A stretch of 64,000 nucleotides of DNA from an uncultured Spirochaetota bacterium (GTDB taxonomy: Bacteria > Spirochaetota > Spirochaetia > SZUA-6 > Fen-1364), in the NCBI GenBank assembly GCA_963820525.1, contig CAWGAA010000001.1, positions 704,001 to 768,000 on the forward strand, written 5' to 3'. Shown here one piece after another: positions 22,205 to 33,708 of this stretch. A model generated the notes under the pieces. That model saw only the letters and a program-made list of their open reading frames with translations, was not told the DNA's origin and ran no database searches. The stretch's first letter is position 1, and each line of letters begins with the position of its first letter. Made by a program: the position numbers and the translations under genes.

Positions 22205-23966
22205 AACTATTTTGGAAGAGCAGACTGATTCTGATAGAAACCATTTTGAATCGTGATGGACGATAATGCACAAGCAGTTAGACTTGGAAAAGGTCAGAGC
22301 GTTTAAAACTAAAGGCATGCAGATTTTGAGCAAAATAGGTATTGCTTTGGATGCAATTCCCGTGGGAGCCCTGTTCTCATCATTAGATCATTAAGCCTTG
22401 GAATTTCTTTAGCATGCTCGAAGGGCACCAATGCTTTTGCTATATCGAAAAGAAAGCCACCTAACAAGTCGCTGCAGTTGACCCCTTAGAGGCCGGTTAA
22501 ATCGGAACATGCAGTTCCAAAGTCCGTGCAGCGCTGGCTTGATGCGGCGGGGCAACTGAGCTCAATGTTATATCCAATCTAGATTTATATTGATTATCGA
22601 ATAGGCAACGAATTATTAATTCAATAAAAAGAGATAATACGTGTTTCAATAGCTTGTTTAACCATGATGGCGTTGGCATTTCTCTGGAAGGATGGCGGTG
22701 TTGTACTAATGTTGCTTGCTTGCTCTTAGTTTCAATACACTGCACGTCACCGTGGCTTAATGGTCAACGATTTCATTATAGGGCTCGGATCAAGCTCTTT
22801 CGATTGATTCGATAGATCTTTTTCTGTTTTCCTCAACGCCATCATACTGGATGGATATAACATGCTGTTGGAGTTGTCCGCCTAGGCTACGCGTCGTGAC
22901 AAAAAGCTACGCGCGGCAAAGCCTTTTGTACTTGGATTATTCGGGGCGGCAACTCAACAGCGTCGTTATATCCACGCTAAAGAAATTCTTTGTGAGAATA
23001 TTTTGCTTCTTCTGTTTTGAATTACTCAAAGCAAATGAAGAATTCTCTTTCACAATCTTGCGGGTTTTACCTTGTTGAATTCTTTTGATACCTGTGCGCG
23101 GGCCATCTACGTTCCTGTTGGAACAGCTCGCGCATGTTAGCAAAAGGGGCATTAATTACCTTTTTTAGCATCACTTTCTTTCGCTTTTCCTGAATTCTAT
23201 CATCAATCAACTAACCTGATATTTTATCCATATCGTGAAGCTTGTCCTTCGGCCCGCGCATATTGGTCTGTTTCCGCGTAGATATAACATGCTGTTGGAG
23301 TTGACCGCCTAGGCTACGCTTCATTACCAATAGCTACGGGCGGTAAAGCATTTTGTACTTGGATGATTCGGGGCGGCAACTCAACAGCGTCGTTATATCC
23401 ATCTAGATTTATATTGATTAGCAAATAAGCAACGAATTATTAATTCAAGAATAGAATATAAGAAGCTTTTCAATAGCTTTATTTCCCATGATGGCGTTGG
23501 CATTGTTCTGGAAGGATGGTGGTGTTGTACTAGTTTGCCTGCTTGTTTTTAGTTTCAAGGCATGGCGCGTCACCTTGCCTTATTATCACCGATTACATTC
23601 TACGGCTCAGATCAAGCTCTTTCAATTGATTCGATAGATCTTTTCTGCCTTCCTCAACGCCATCATACTGGATGGACATAACATGCGGTTGGAGTTGACC
23701 GCCCAGGCTACGCTCCGTGACTTATTGTTATGCGCGCTAGAGTCTTTTGTTCTTGGATGATTCGGGGCGGCAACTCAACAGCGTCGTTAGCTCCCCTCTG
23801 AAATGCACTTTATTTATTTTCCTTAATGATTTTTCATATTAATGGCTTTCAAACATAATGTGGGCTATGTTATTCGTATTGCAGTAGTCCTTTCTATTCC
23901 CGTCCTAATTTATGTTTGACAAATTGGTATTATTTGTCAACATTTTACTAATGTAAGGAGAGAACA

Positions 23967-24272
23967 ATGGCAGACTACACTTTTGATGGCAAAGCCTTAA
24001 GGAAAAGCACTGGACAAAAAATGGGAGAGGTTGATAGAACCTCTATAAGATCTTGGAATAGTGCTCGGCTTGGTGAAATTCAGGGTAAGAATATTCGTGA
24101 TGCTCATGGCAAAAAGGTTTTGGAATTTGATGGCAAGAATGTAAAGGATGACATGGGCAAGAAACTTATGACAATTCAAGATATTCAAAAGATTATAGAT
24201 GGAGAAGCTGGAATATCTTTAGTCGCAGCATGGTACTTTTTAGTTAAGAGTCAGCAATCGAATATGACATAA
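23967..24272 (+). CDS. Small hypothetical protein with internal D/G-K repeats
   Basis: AAGGAG RBS; repeated units such as DGKALRKSTGQK, GKNIRDAHGKK, DGKNVKDDMGKK. Confidence 0.75.
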   Translation: MADYTFDGKALRKSTGQKMGEVDRTSIRSWNSARLGEIQGKNIRDAHGKKVLEFDGKNVKDDMGKKLMTIQDIQKIIDGEAGISLVAAWYFLVKSQQSNMT

Positions 24273-24739
24273 ATTGTAGAAAATAAGGTCCGACCTTACC
24301 GATTTGATGGAATCTTCATTTACTTTCCTCATAACCTCTCGGTGCTTACAGAAGGTAGACGTCTCGCTGCAACCCTGAGAGTTCTCCTGTTGAAAGACAT
24401 CTTTCCGTTTTATACACATAAACCATGATGAAATAGTTCAAAGACTATAGCCCTGTTTTAGCAAAACATATTATGAATAAAGTAAAATAAATATATAAAG
24501 AAAAAAGGGGAGCTAACATGCTGTTGGAGTTGTCCGCCTAGGCTACGCTTCGTTACCAGTAGCTACGCTAGCTGAAGTCTTTGTACTTGGATGATTCGGG
24601 GCGGCAACTCAACAGCGTCGTTATGTTGTCATAAAGCGAGCGCGTCAGTGATGACGAATTTAGCGAGTGACGGAGGCATTACGAACACTGCAGAATGCCG
24701 TAAGATGTCTTGAGGTGGATCCATAGAAAGGACTCTCCA

Positions 24740-25324
24740 ATGAGCAAGGTGCTGCTAATTGATTACGAAAACGTTCAGGGGATTAACCTTGGGCAGATAG
24801 TAGGAACGGACTATAGAGTGTGTATATTCACTGGAAGTTCTCAAAGTAAGATACCAATTGACCTAGTCAGTTCCACTCAGGCCTTGGGCAATAGACTGGA
24901 ATGGATCAGAATTGATGGCAATGGACCGAATGCACTGGACTTTCACATTGCATATTACCTCGGTTCGCATATCGCTAAGTTTCCTAGCAATGAGTACTTT
25001 GTATTGTCCAAGGACAAGGGATTTGATCCTTTGATGAAACACATTGCAAAGGAGAATTTGACCTGCAAGAGAATAACAAATATATCGGAACTCCTCTCAA
25101 ACAAAAAAGTAAAGGGGCCAGATGGAGACTATGAAAAAGTACTTTTGAACTTAAAGAAGATTGAGAAAAGCAAACGACCCAAGAATACAAAGACCCTCAA
25201 GCAGCATATGAAAACGATAGTTGGTAGAACTCAAACTGAGGATAGACTCAATCGCATAGTTGAACAACTCTTCGCTTCTAAGGTGATAATTGAACAAGAC
25301 GGCAGACTGATGTACAAGACTTGA
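24740..25324 (+). CDS. PIN/NYN-like domain protein
   Basis: LLIDYENV...GPNALDFHIAYYLG...VLSKDKGFDPL; AAGGA precedes ATG 24740. Confidence 0.8.
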   Translation: MSKVLLIDYENVQGINLGQIVGTDYRVCIFTGSSQSKIPIDLVSSTQALGNRLEWIRIDGNGPNALDFHIAYYLGSHIAKFPSNEYFVLSKDKGFDPLMKHIAKENLTCKRITNISELLSNKKVKGPDGDYEKVLLNLKKIEKSKRPKNTKTLKQHMKTIVGRTQTEDRLNRIVEQLFASKVIIEQDGRLMYKT

Positions 25325-25474
25325 CAACATAACATGCTGTTGGAGTTGACCGCCTAGGCTACGCTTCGTGACTCATAACTACGCGCGGTAAAGCCTTTTG
25401 TACTTGGATGATTCGGGGCGGCAACTCAACAGCGTCGTTATGCGTGTCTGTGAAACTAACCTAGCCTGAAGTAA

Positions 25475-26458
25475 GTGAGGCACCTAATGTATCCCTATGA
25501 AGATCTCGGGAAAATCCTCTCAAGGCAACTGAAGGCAATGTCAGCTATCCCAGACTTGTCGAAATCATTGCAGCTCCTAAGGCAGCCCTTACTTCCGAAC
25601 GGCTTGATAGAGGCTGTAAAGGCAATTAGCTCCCAAAACATGTCATCAATCTTCAAGCTTTCCCAAGATATGAACCGCATTACTGGCATTACATCCGGAT
25701 TGTACCAGACCTTTGCCAGAATGAACTGGCCCGCCGTCCAAACAGCAATCGCTTTGAGAGACTTCTATTCGCCATCCTTCAAAGCCATAGAAGCAATCCA
25801 AAAGAGTATTGCCTCTACCGCGTTTCCCTTGATCTCGATGAATGAGGTTAGAAGCTTATCAGGCGCGGCCAACATCTACAAGGACTTAGCGTCGGCTGCA
25901 GACTTGGCAGCAAATTCCCACAGTTTCATCCACGAAGAATTGGCCACGATAAGCGAAGTCGAAGATTTCAGTGACGATGCTGAGGTTGAAGAAGGATTCA
26001 GAAAGATAGAGACGTCCATCGTAGAACAGATTCGGAAGACACCTGCTATCCGAATATCTTTCGAAGGATGGGTTAGCCTGCTGCTTACGCTGTTCATCTT
26101 TCTCTATGGAAAGATATCATCAGATGAATTCCAAGCGCGAATTGAAGCTAAGGCCGATTCGCTCGAAAGGCTTGACAACAGGATTATAGAGTCACAGAAG
26201 AAGATATACGATGCCTTGGTTCAGCACATGATCAGCAGTGAGGCAGGGGGAACTGCATACGTTGTTACAAGGGAAGTAACCCTAAGAGCAAGACCATCAT
26301 CAAGAGCACAGGCCGTTGCGCGTTTATTTCCAAATCAGATCTTAAAACTTGATTCCCGAAAAGGAAAATGGATTCGCGTAACCTTTTTCGACTACGTTGC
26401 TGCCAGTGTTCGGACCGGATGGGTCCTCAAGAAATATACCAAACGAATAGCCAAATAG
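25475..26458 (+). CDS. Protein with one TM segment and a C-terminal SH3b-like domain
   Basis: VTLRARPSSRAQAVARL...KGKWIRV...GWVLKKY. Confidence 0.75.
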   Translation: MRHLMYPYEDLGKILSRQLKAMSAIPDLSKSLQLLRQPLLPNGLIEAVKAISSQNMSSIFKLSQDMNRITGITSGLYQTFARMNWPAVQTAIALRDFYSPSFKAIEAIQKSIASTAFPLISMNEVRSLSGAANIYKDLASAADLAANSHSFIHEELATISEVEDFSDDAEVEEGFRKIETSIVEQIRKTPAIRISFEGWVSLLLTLFIFLYGKISSDEFQARIEAKADSLERLDNRIIESQKKIYDALVQHMISSEAGGTAYVVTREVTLRARPSSRAQAVARLFPNQILKLDSRKGKWIRVTFFDYVAASVRTGWVLKKYTKRIAK

Positions 26459-27193
26459 GATCTGAGACACGCATAACAAGTCGTTGAAGCCGACGCCTTA
26501 ACTTCAGACTGTTTCGTAGAGACTTCTTCCGCAATGCTTCACAAGGTCTGATTCGGCGGCGCGGCTTAACTCTATGTTATCTCCATCTAGATTTATAGTG
26601 ATTAGCAAATAAGCAACGAATTATTAATTCAAGAATATTGGATAAGACGTTTTTTAATAGCTTGCTTTCCCATGATGGCGTTGGCATTGAGCGGGAAGGA
26701 TGGCTGTGTTGTACTAGTTTGCCTGCTTGTTTTTAGGTTCAATACACTGCTCGTCACCTTGGCTTATTGTCACCGATTACATTATAGGGCTCGGATCAAG
26801 CTCTTTTAATTGATTCGATTGCTCTTTTTCTGTTTTCCTCAACGCCATCATACTGGATGGAGATAACATGTCGTTGCAGCTGACCGCCCAAGCTACGCGC
26901 CTTTACTTGAAACTACGCGTGCTCAGGTATTTCCTTTTCTTGAGGCGGGGCGGCAGCTGAACTCCTCGTTATATCCACGCTAAAGAAATTCTTTGGGAGA
27001 ATGTTCTGCTTCTTCTGTTTTGAATTACTCAAAGCAAATTAAGAATTCTATTTCGCAATCTTGCAGGTTTTACCTTGTTGAATTCTTCTGATACCTTTGC
27101 GCGGGCGTAACCGTCAAATAAACCCCACCTTGCGGCCGGCATAAAAAGCCGCGATCCTGAGCCCACTCAATTCAGGGAATCAGGAGGCCGTAG

Positions 27194-27535
27194 ATGGAGT
27201 CAAGACAGGAGAATCGAAAACAACCACGCAGAAACGCAGAGAAATGGAGCGAGCTCATCACCGCGTGGCGATCAAGCGGGAAGACGAGAAAGGCATGGTG
27301 CCAGGAACAAGGGATACCCTACGAATCCCTGAGGCGATGGGTGAAGCGATTGCGCGGCTCCGCCGACGGATTGTCATTTGTAGGAATCCGCGACACATCC
27401 CAAGCCCTGGATGCTGCGGAGCAGGCGCGCGTGAGAGTAAGCAGAGATGGAGATATTGAACTGTATGGAAACATCGGCGAGGAGCTTCTGCGCAGAGTGC
27501 TGCGCGTGATGCGGGAGACGGCTGATGTTCATTGA
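27194..27535 (+). CDS. tnpA: IS66 accessory protein TnpA
   Basis: W...WRSSGKTRKAWC...LRRW HTH; first ORF of the element. Confidence 0.85.
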   Translation: MESRQENRKQPRRNAEKWSELITAWRSSGKTRKAWCQEQGIPYESLRRWVKRLRGSADGLSFVGIRDTSQALDAAEQARVRVSRDGDIELYGNIGEELLRRVLRVMRETADVH

Positions 27536-27872
27536 ATGGAGCAACGTCAAGATATTTGTTCGTCCGGGCGCGACGGATTTGAGAAAACAGATAAACGGAC
27601 TGGCCATCCTGGTACAGACGGCGATGGGCAAAGATCCGCTTTCCGGACACCTCTACCTTTTCAGCAATCATGAGAAACGTCTCCTGAAGGTCCTGTACTG
27701 GGATCGAAACGGGTTCTGCATGTGGCAGAAAAGGCTGGAGCGGGATCGCTTCCCCTGGCCAAGAACGGAAGAGGCAGCGCGGGAGATCAGCTTGGAGCAG
27801 CTTCGGATGCTGCTTTCGGGAATCGACTTCTGGAACGCGCACCAGAGCCTCGCGTATACCGCGGTCGTATAA
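27525..27872 (+). CDS. tnpB: IS66 accessory protein TnpB
   Basis: TDLRKQINGL...LKVLYWDRNGFCMWQKRLE..RFPWP. Confidence 0.93.
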   Translation: MFIEWSNVKIFVRPGATDLRKQINGLAILVQTAMGKDPLSGHLYLFSNHEKRLLKVLYWDRNGFCMWQKRLERDRFPWPRTEEAAREISLEQLRMLLSGIDFWNAHQSLAYTAVV

Positions 27873-27911
27873 AAACATCTAGATTTTAAGGCCCCATCAT
27901 GGTATTCTCAT

Positions 27912-29558
27912 GTGGTGAACGAAAAACTGGGAGAACTACCGAACAACGTCGAACAGCTGCACGAGCTGGTTCGACGGATTGTCAGGGAGCACGATGAAGA
28001 GCTCGCTCGACTGCAGGCCGAGTTGGAGAAGGAGCGCAGCGAACGAATCGAGCACCAAAACAAGGCCATAGAGCATTTCGAAGAGCTGCAGCTTCTGCGG
28101 CGCAAGCTCTTTGGCCGCAGCGCCGAGAAGCTATCCGAGGAGGAGCAAAAGCAGCTTCTTCTTTTCAACGAGGCGGAGGATATCGTATTCAGCCAACAAC
28201 AGGAGCCTGCCGCCGAGGAGCGCATTGAGGTAAGGGCGCACACGCGGGTGAAGCGGGGCAGAAAGCCGCTGCCGCCTGAGCTTCCCCGTGTGGAGATGGT
28301 CCACGACATAAGTGAAGAAGACAAGAAATGTGCCTGCGGACAGGAGCTTACACGTATCGGAGAGGAAAGCCTCGAGAAACTTGAGGTCATCCCGCCCCAG
28401 ATACGGGTACGGCGGCACCTGAGACCCCAGTACGCCTGCAAGGCCTGCGAAGGCTCCGGGGATGAGGACCGTCCCGCGGTGCGGATCGCCCCGGCGGTGA
28501 GGCAGCTTCTTCCCAAGAGCATCGCCTCACCGGCACTGGTGGCCTACATAATGACGGCGAAGTTCTGCGACGCCCTGCCGTTCTACCGCCAAGAGAAGCA
28601 GTTTCAGCGCATCGGAGTAGATATCAGCCGCCAGGACATGGCCAACTGGAGCATCGCGGTATTCCATAGGCTTGCGCCGGTTATCGAGCTACTTCGAGCA
28701 GAGATTCGAAGAGGCCCGCATGTAGGAATCGACGAGACGACCCTTCAGGTGATGGGGGAGCCGGATCGCCCCAATACTTCAAAGTCGTATATGTGGGTGT
28801 TCCTGGGAGGCAGTCCGAAAAGACCCGTGGTTGAGTTTCAGTATCATCCCACACGATCCGGTAAGGTTCCCCTTGAGGCTCTGCGGGGTTACAACGGCTT
28901 CATCCAGACTGATGGCTATGACGGATATAACGAAGTGGGAAGCCAACCCGGAGTCATTCACGCGACCTGTTGGGCGCACTCGCGTAGAAAGTTCTTCGAG
29001 GCCAAGGAGGCATCCAAGCAGGCGGGAAGTGTCGATGAGGCCCTGGCACGAATCGATGCTCTGTTCAGGATCGAGCGGACCTTAAGAGCTCAAGAGCTTT
29101 CACCGCAGGAGTTCGTCCGCCAACGGCGAGAGCAGGCCGAACCCGTGTTGGAAAAGCTCAAGGCGTGGCTTCACAAGCGTCAGGGGCAGGTTCCCCCGTC
29201 TCTGCTTCTGGGCAAAGCGATCGCCTACACCATCGAGCAGTGGCCCAAGATGATTCGGTACCTGGACAGTCCCGATTTGGGTCCGAGTAATAACGCGGTC
29301 GAGCAGGCGATACGGCCGTTTGTGGTGGGAAGAAAAAATTGGATGCTATCTGGGAGCCCCGCGGGCGCCGAAGCCAGTGCGGGGTGGTACAGTATCATCG
29401 AGACGGCCAAACTGAACGGCGTGGAGCCCTACCTATATCTTCGCTACATTCTCTCGCGGCTTCCTGAGAGCGACAACCCTGAGGATTATCGTGAGCTGCT
29501 TCCCTGGAATGTTCCACGCGAGTCTCTGCTGAACTTTGATTCCGGTCATTTGTTCTGA
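27912..29558 (+). CDS. tnpC: IS66 DDE transposase TnpC
   Basis: Coiled coil, zinc finger, IDETT, QTDGYDGY, CWAHSRRKF, NNAVEQAIR. Confidence 0.95.
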   Translation: MVNEKLGELPNNVEQLHELVRRIVREHDEELARLQAELEKERSERIEHQNKAIEHFEELQLLRRKLFGRSAEKLSEEEQKQLLLFNEAEDIVFSQQQEPAAEERIEVRAHTRVKRGRKPLPPELPRVEMVHDISEEDKKCACGQELTRIGEESLEKLEVIPPQIRVRRHLRPQYACKACEGSGDEDRPAVRIAPAVRQLLPKSIASPALVAYIMTAKFCDALPFYRQEKQFQRIGVDISRQDMANWSIAVFHRLAPVIELLRAEIRRGPHVGIDETTLQVMGEPDRPNTSKSYMWVFLGGSPKRPVVEFQYHPTRSGKVPLEALRGYNGFIQTDGYDGYNEVGSQPGVIHATCWAHSRRKFFEAKEASKQAGSVDEALARIDALFRIERTLRAQELSPQEFVRQRREQAEPVLEKLKAWLHKRQGQVPPSLLLGKAIAYTIEQWPKMIRYLDSPDLGPSNNAVEQAIRPFVVGRKNWMLSGSPAGAEASAGWYSIIETAKLNGVEPYLYLRYILSRLPESDNPEDYRELLPWNVPRESLLNFDSGHLF

Positions 29559-29997
29559 ATAAAGCAGGAGCGCACCCCCTCGGCGTCCGAATTCAGGGGT
29601 GGGGTTTATTTGACGGTTACGCGCGGGCCATCTACGTTCCTGTTGGAACAGCTCGCGCACGTTAGCTAAAGGGGCATTAATTACCTTTTTTAGCATCACT
29701 TTCTTTCGCTTTGCTTGAATTCTATCATCAATCAACTAACCTGATATTTGCTCCATATCGTTAGGCTTGTCTTTTGGCCCGCGCATATTGGTCTGTTTCC
29801 GCGTAGATATAACATGCTGTTGGAGTTGACCGCCTAGGCTACGCGTCGTTACTTATAGCTACGCGTATTAAAGCTCTTGTACTTGGATGATTCGGGGCGG
29901 CAACTCAACAGCGTCGTTAGATTTCTTAAAGATAGAGAAACTATTTGCTGACCACAAATGCTGTTAGAAACGCTCGTCGCTTTCCTGTGGAGATAGC

Positions 29998-30744
29998 ATG
30001 ATAGTCAAATTTCTTGGAACTGGTGGTTTTATCAACAGAGGAATACCATACAATTCCTTCCTGATTGATAATGTCCACCTTATCGAAGCTCCACCAGACC
30101 TTATGATTTCCCTATATAATAATGGAATACATTGTCACCAGCTCAATAGTATTTTTCTCTCTCACTTTCATGGTGACCATTATTTCGGAATGCCTTTCTT
30201 CATCCTAAATCTGTTCAATTATTACCTTGAATATGATAAGCCAATCAAAAGGATTAATCTAATTGGCCCAAAAGGTATTAGAGACAATATAATTGAGTTA
30301 CAGAAGGTTGCGGTTGCTCCAGACAATCCATCTGTTTCCTGGATAGACGACGTATTTGATTTCGTTGAAATCGATCAATTCTTTAAAGTTCAATTTAGCG
30401 ATTCAAGCGAAATGATCTTTCACCGAATGAACCATACCATGGAAACATACGGCTTTTCCATTATAGATCAGGGCAAGTATAAACTCACTTATTTGGCTGA
30501 CACTAAATGGGATGCTTCCTTCAGTCAGATTTTATTGAAAAAGCCTCAAGTTGTTATTTGTGACCTCAACAGTAACTCTTTTGATAAAATAAAAGCACAT
30601 ATGTCGGAATCTGATATTATCGAGAAGGCTATGCGTATAACTGGAAAGGATACTCAATATATAGGAACACACTTAAGAGATAATCAATCCATTGATAGAG
30701 AGAATCTTCAGTATGCCCAAACGGGAAAAGAATATCAAATATAA
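29998..30744 (+). CDS. Metallo-beta-lactamase-fold hydrolase (RNase Z-like)
   Basis: FLGTGG start, SHFHGDH metal motif, YLADT. Confidence 0.85.
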   Translation: MIVKFLGTGGFINRGIPYNSFLIDNVHLIEAPPDLMISLYNNGIHCHQLNSIFLSHFHGDHYFGMPFFILNLFNYYLEYDKPIKRINLIGPKGIRDNIIELQKVAVAPDNPSVSWIDDVFDFVEIDQFFKVQFSDSSEMIFHRMNHTMETYGFSIIDQGKYKLTYLADTKWDASFSQILLKKPQVVICDLNSNSFDKIKAHMSESDIIEKAMRITGKDTQYIGTHLRDNQSIDRENLQYAQTGKEYQI

Positions 30745-30985
30745 GAAATCTAACATGCTGTTGGAGTTGACCGCCTAGGCTACGCGTCGTGACAAAAAGC
30801 TACGCGCGGCAAAGCCTTTTGTACTTGTATGATTCGGGGCGGCAACTCAACAGCGTCGTTATATGCCATTTTTCCTATAGGCCTTCTTTTGCTCTCCTTG
30901 GCATTATATTTTTCACTACTAGTCTGCCTTTAAGGTTTTTCTTTGAAAAGTGCCAAATTCGTACAGTTCTTTGGAGATTATATCG

Positions 30986-31615
30986 ATGGGTGAACATGCA
31001 ACACTGATAAAATTTGGCGATAGCCAGCATCTTTTAGAGCTACAAGAAGATGGTCTTCTGTATATGAATAATCTTCCATATTTCTGGCATATAGAGGATA
31101 GCTTCCTTCGCGGAGATTCAGAAGATAGTGTTGCTGAAGTCCATAGAGGATCTATCGGATCTGTAACATTTAACGATGGCACAGTATTGAACATTTCTGA
31201 TTGGAACCTGCTACTACCTCCATCTTACCCAGAAAAGATTAACATTTTCTGCATGTATGCATTACGTCCTTTTGCCTATAGTTTTCCTGTCAATGAACAA
31301 AACTACATGTTCGGAGATACCGCACTAGTTCTGCTACAGCCTCAAGAATTCATAAATAGGATACATTCCTTTCTCCAAGACAGGAGTATTCCGCATCACG
31401 CAGCCTTGGTAGCATATGTAAATACTGATAACCAAGGTAGAATGGGCCCATTTGTTAAACGAAATAATTTCATCTATCAATCTGAATGGAGATTGGTTTG
31501 CTATGAAGGTCCGGGCAATGCACGAACTGACATCAGAATTGGAAGCATAAGAGATATTTCCAAAATCATCCCTAGCAAAGAAATCAATAATCAAATTAAG
31601 ATAAATGGCATATAA
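30986..31615 (+). CDS. Hypothetical protein, homologue of 20015-20707
   Basis: GGAG precedes ATG 30986; stop codon lies in R''. Confidence 0.72.
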   Translation: MGEHATLIKFGDSQHLLELQEDGLLYMNNLPYFWHIEDSFLRGDSEDSVAEVHRGSIGSVTFNDGTVLNISDWNLLLPPSYPEKINIFCMYALRPFAYSFPVNEQNYMFGDTALVLLQPQEFINRIHSFLQDRSIPHHAALVAYVNTDNQGRMGPFVKRNNFIYQSEWRLVCYEGPGNARTDIRIGSIRDISKIIPSKEINNQIKINGI

Positions 31616-32190
31616 CATGCTGTTGGAGCAGACCGCTTAAGCTACGCTTCGTTACCAATGACTACGCGCGGCAAAGCCTATTGTATTTAGCTGATGCGGC
31701 GCGGCTGCTCAACAGCGTCGTTACATCCACGCTAATAATTTCTTTGATAGAATATTTTGCCTGTTCTGTTTTGAATTATTCAAAGCAAATAAAGAATTCG
31801 ATTTAGCAATCTTGCAGGTTTTACTTTGGTGAATTCCTCTGATACTTTTGCGCGGGCCATGTAAGTTCCCATTGGAACAGCTCGCGCCCATTAGCTGAAA
31901 GGGCATCATCAACTTTTAACATCATTTTCTTTCGCTATGCCCGAATTCTATCATCAATCAATTAACCTTATATTTTCTTCATATCGTGAAGCTTCTTTGC
32001 TGTCCCGCGCATATTGTTCTGTTTCCGCGTAGATGTAACATGCGGTTGGAGCAGACCGCTTGAACTACGCATCGTTACTTATAGCTACGCGTGTTAAAAC
32101 CAATTGTACCTGGATGATGCGGCGCGGCTGCTCAACCGCGTCGTTAGGCTTTTTCAAGGCTATTCTATCAAATTTAAGAAGGAGGTTTTT

Positions 32191-33027
32191 ATGGCTACAT
32201 GTAAGTATTGCGGAAAAAAGGCTGGTTTTCTGCGAAGTGCCCATAAACAGTGCAGGCAAGCTAACGAGCAAGGAATCATCCAAATTATTCAATTAATCAC
32301 CGATAATTCGACAAAAGATTCCGCTTCTTCAATTAAAGATTCTATTCTAACACTTGCACAAGCATCACATATTGATAAAGCCGCTTTTACGGCTGCTTGC
32401 ATTAAAGGATGGGAAAATGCTGTATCTAAGGCACTTGAAGATGATGTTCTCACAGCTGAAGAGGAGCAGTCACTCGTTCAAGTTAAGGATGCACTTGAAC
32501 TCAGCCAGGAACAGCTGGATAAAAATGGCGCCTACTTGAAATTGGTTAAAGCAACAATCATTAGGGAATTGCTTGAAGGTAAGATACCGCAAGTTGCTAA
32601 AATAGATGGTAACATTCCTTTTAATCTTCAAAAAAACGAGCAGATAGTATGGCTTTTCAATGATGCAAAATACTACGAGGAAAGGACGTACACCAGATAC
32701 GGTGGCGCATATAGTGGTGTTAGCATCCGAGTTATGAAAGGCGTTTACTATAGGACAGGTGCTTTTAAAGGTAATCCTGTTGTCACTTCAAATATTGTTC
32801 ATATTGATGATGGACAAGTTGCAATAACTGATAAGCATATTTATTTCGCTGGTTCAAAAAAGGCATTTCGTGTTCCATATAATAAGATAGTTGCTTTCAA
32901 GCCGTATAATGATGGACTAGGAATCCAGAGAGATGCGCAGTCAGCAAAACCTCAAATCTTTGTTGTTGATGATGGATGGTTTATTCATAATCTAGTAGTG
33001 AACCTTTCAAAATTGGAAAAAGCCTAA
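32191..33027 (+). CDS. Hypothetical protein with N-terminal CxxC...HxxC zinc-binding motif
   Basis: AAGGAGG precedes ATG 32191 (MATCKYCGKKAGFL..HKQC); stop codon lies in R''. Confidence 0.78.
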   Translation: MATCKYCGKKAGFLRSAHKQCRQANEQGIIQIIQLITDNSTKDSASSIKDSILTLAQASHIDKAAFTAACIKGWENAVSKALEDDVLTAEEEQSLVQVKDALELSQEQLDKNGAYLKLVKATIIRELLEGKIPQVAKIDGNIPFNLQKNEQIVWLFNDAKYYEERTYTRYGGAYSGVSIRVMKGVYYRTGAFKGNPVVTSNIVHIDDGQVAITDKHIYFAGSKKAFRVPYNKIVAFKPYNDGLGIQRDAQSAKPQIFVVDDGWFIHNLVVNLSKLEKA

Positions 33028-33210
33028 CATGCTGTTGGAGTTGACCCCTTAGCCTACGTTTGGAAAGTCATAGCTTACGTTGTTAAACCTCCACTACTCT
33101 GCTTCGGGCGGCGGGGCAACTCAACAGCGTCGTTATAGCGCTTCAAGAACTCTGCTTCATAATCATTTTGATAATGACTATAAATATTACTTCTCCTAAA
33201 AAGGAAACCT

Positions 33211-33708
33211 ATGAATGCAATCAGCTTCAATGTGAATGACAAAGTACTTCGAGACGATTTCCTAAACAGCCATCTTCCAAATGCTATTCTCTCTCTCAAA
33301 GAAGATACTCAAGCTCTCTGGGGCAAGATGACACCACAACAAATGGTAGAGCATTTGATATGGTCTTTAAAATTATCAAATGGAATAACCTTTGTACAGT
33401 GTGTACTTCCTACTCATCTAGCAAATAGATCTAAATCATTCATAAACAATAACCAACATACTCCGCACGATTTCATGAACCCATATTTGAAAGAAGGCCT
33501 TCCACCGCTAGAACATACAAGCTTACACGAAGCACGTACTTCACTGCTAGAGCAGATTAGGATTTCTATTAGGCAATACTCTGAATCTCCAGATTCAATT
33601 CGTGTACATCCTCTTTTTGGGTAATTGAATCTCGAAGAATGGTCCCGGGTCCATTTCAAACATTCTTACCACCATCTATTACAATTTGGCCTAATCAAAG
33701 AGGAATAA
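33211..33708 (+). pseudogene. DinB/DUF1569-like protein with an in-frame premature stop
   Basis: WGKMTPQQMVEHL...HPLFG*LNLEEWSRVHFKHSYHHLLQFGLIKEE*; TAA at 33622-33624. Confidence 0.8.

Larger units (their letters stand above)
27107..29620 (+). mobile_element. IS66 family element in a family B cassette
   Basis: 23-bp perfect TIR GTAACCGTCAAATAAACCCCACC; 8-bp TSD GCGCGGGC (27099-27106 and 29621-29628); three ORFs. Confidence 0.96.

Noticed and set aside
29998..30744. Metallo-beta-lactamase resistance gene
   Set aside because: No signal peptide, and the FLGTGG start points to RNase Z-like hydrolases.
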